A DNA stretch of 64,000 nt. It comes from Thermoanaerobaculia bacterium. GTDB lineage: Bacteria > Acidobacteriota > Thermoanaerobaculia > Gp7-AA8. Shown piece after piece: positions 63,087 to 64,000 of this stretch; the stretch's first letter is position 1; every line of letters starts with the position of its first letter. Location of the stretch: NCBI GenBank assembly GCA_035276475.1, contig DATELQ010000052.1, positions 67-64,066 of the forward strand, given 5' to 3'. The notes below the pieces were generated by a model. It was not told the origin of the DNA. It ran no database searches and saw only the letters and a program-made list of their open reading frames with translations. Position numbers and translations under genes: made by a program.

Positions 63087-64000
63087 TCAAATCCCCGTCA
63101 CCCGCACGACTTCCTCGAACGTCGTCATCCCCTCGGCCAATTTGCGCAGCGCGGACTGCCGCAGCGTGCGCATGCCACGCTTGAGCGCCGTCTCCTTGAT
63201 CTTGAGGAAGTCTTCGCGGCGCTCGATGAGGTCGCGGATCGTGTTGTCGATCGGCAGCATCTCGAAGATGCCGGTGCGGCCGAAGTAGCCGGTGTTGCGG
63301 CAGCGGATGCAGCCGGCCCCTTCCTTCACGATGATCCGCTTCCCCGGCGGCGCCTGCAGGTTCAGCATCGTCGCCTCCTCGTGCGTGAGGGGACGGTTTT
63401 GCTTGCAGTCCTGGCAGATCTTGCGCACCAGGCGCTGGGCCATCGTGCCGATCAAAGTCGACGAAATCAGGAACGGCTGGATGCCGAGGTCGACGAGGCG
63501 CGTGACCGAGGTCGCGGCGTCGTTCGTGTGCAGCGTCGAGAAGACCAGGTGCCCGGTCAGCGCCGCCTGCACGGCGTTCTCCGCCGTCTCCGTGTCGCGG
63601 ATCTCGCCGACCATGATGATGTCGGGATCCTGGCGGAGGATCGTCCGCAGCGCGTGCGCGAAGGTGATGCCGATCTTCGCCTGCACTGCGGTCTGATTGA
63701 AGTCGTCGTGCACCATCTCGATCGGGTCTTCGATCGTGGTGATGTTGATCTCCGGCGACGCCAGCGACTTGAGCGCCGAGTAAAGCGTCACCGTCTTGCC
63801 CGATCCGGTCGGACCGGTGACGAGGATGATCCCGTGCGGGCGCTTGATCCAATCGGAGAAGAGCGCCAGCTCGTCGTCGTAAAAACCGAGGCCGGCGACG
63901 GTGCGCAGCATGACGTCAGGGTCGAAGATGCGCATGACCACTTTTTCCCCGAACGCCGTCGGCAGCGTGGAGACGCGCAGCTCAACCTCTTTCCCCTGGT
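63087..64000 (-). CDS. GspE/PilB-family type II secretion / type IV pilus assembly ATPase (5' end beyond window)
   Basis: '[21 protein letters not shown]', 'TIEDPIEM', 'MVGEIRD' and 'CQDCK...CIRCRNTGYFGRTG' are present. The reading frame continues open to position 64000. Confidence 0.85.
   Translation of the reverse strand, partial: QGKEVELRVSTLPTAFGEKVVMRIFDPDVMLRTVAGLGFYDDELALFSDWIKRPHGIILVTGPTGSGKTVTLYSALKSLASPEINITTIEDPIEMVHDDFNQTAVQAKIGITFAHALRTILRQDPDIIMVGEIRDTETAENAVQAALTGHLVFSTLHTNDAATSVTRLVDLGIQPFLISSTLIGTMAQRLVRKICQDCKQNRPLTHEEATMLNLQAPPGKRIIVKEGAGCIRCRNTGYFGRTGIFEMLPIDNTIRDLIERREDFLKIKETALKRGMRTLRQSALRKLAEGMTTFEEVVRVTGI

Overview
This is a 64 kb, high-GC (about 68-70%) chromosomal window with roughly 65 protein-coding genes on both strands. 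I found no rRNA, tRNA or CRISPR. Two tandem VWFA-related Acidobacterial-type secreted proteins (TIGR03436-like N-termini) suggest an Acidobacteria-like soil bacterium.

Most genes are housekeeping or general metabolism: MurI, SUI1, NtrC-type sigma-54 regulator, PepA, MoaC/MobA, RecX, PilT, MutM, DEAD-box helicase, HtrA, ECF sigma/anti-sigma, M13 peptidase, MFS/SDR/methyltransferase, EAL and KaiC-like plus hybrid histidine kinase. Interspersed are small toxin-antitoxin-like pairs: VapBC, DUF433/DUF5615 and a nucleotidyltransferase-fold gene with a small ORF.

The features that the routine gene calls do not explain are:
1. A tight four-gene minus-strand operon at the window start encoding a membrane-anchored TPR-CHAT (caspase-like) protease, two unknown proteins and a C39-like papain-fold cysteine peptidase.
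2. A duplicated redox cluster: two paralogous ~850-aa N-terminally anchored di-heme (2x CxxCH) cytochromes c flanking a GMC flavoprotein and a catalase-related heme protein. The cluster is preceded by about seven copies of an ~80-bp tandem repeat with alternating subtypes.
3. A regular array of nine 21-bp AT-rich units (core CAC-W6-GTG) in a GC-rich convergent intergenic region, next to two HTH genes and an ECF sigma operon.
4. A perfect 32-bp inverted repeat that encloses the recX start codon between pilT and recX.

Long antisense ORFs in the six-frame track are treated as high-GC artefacts.
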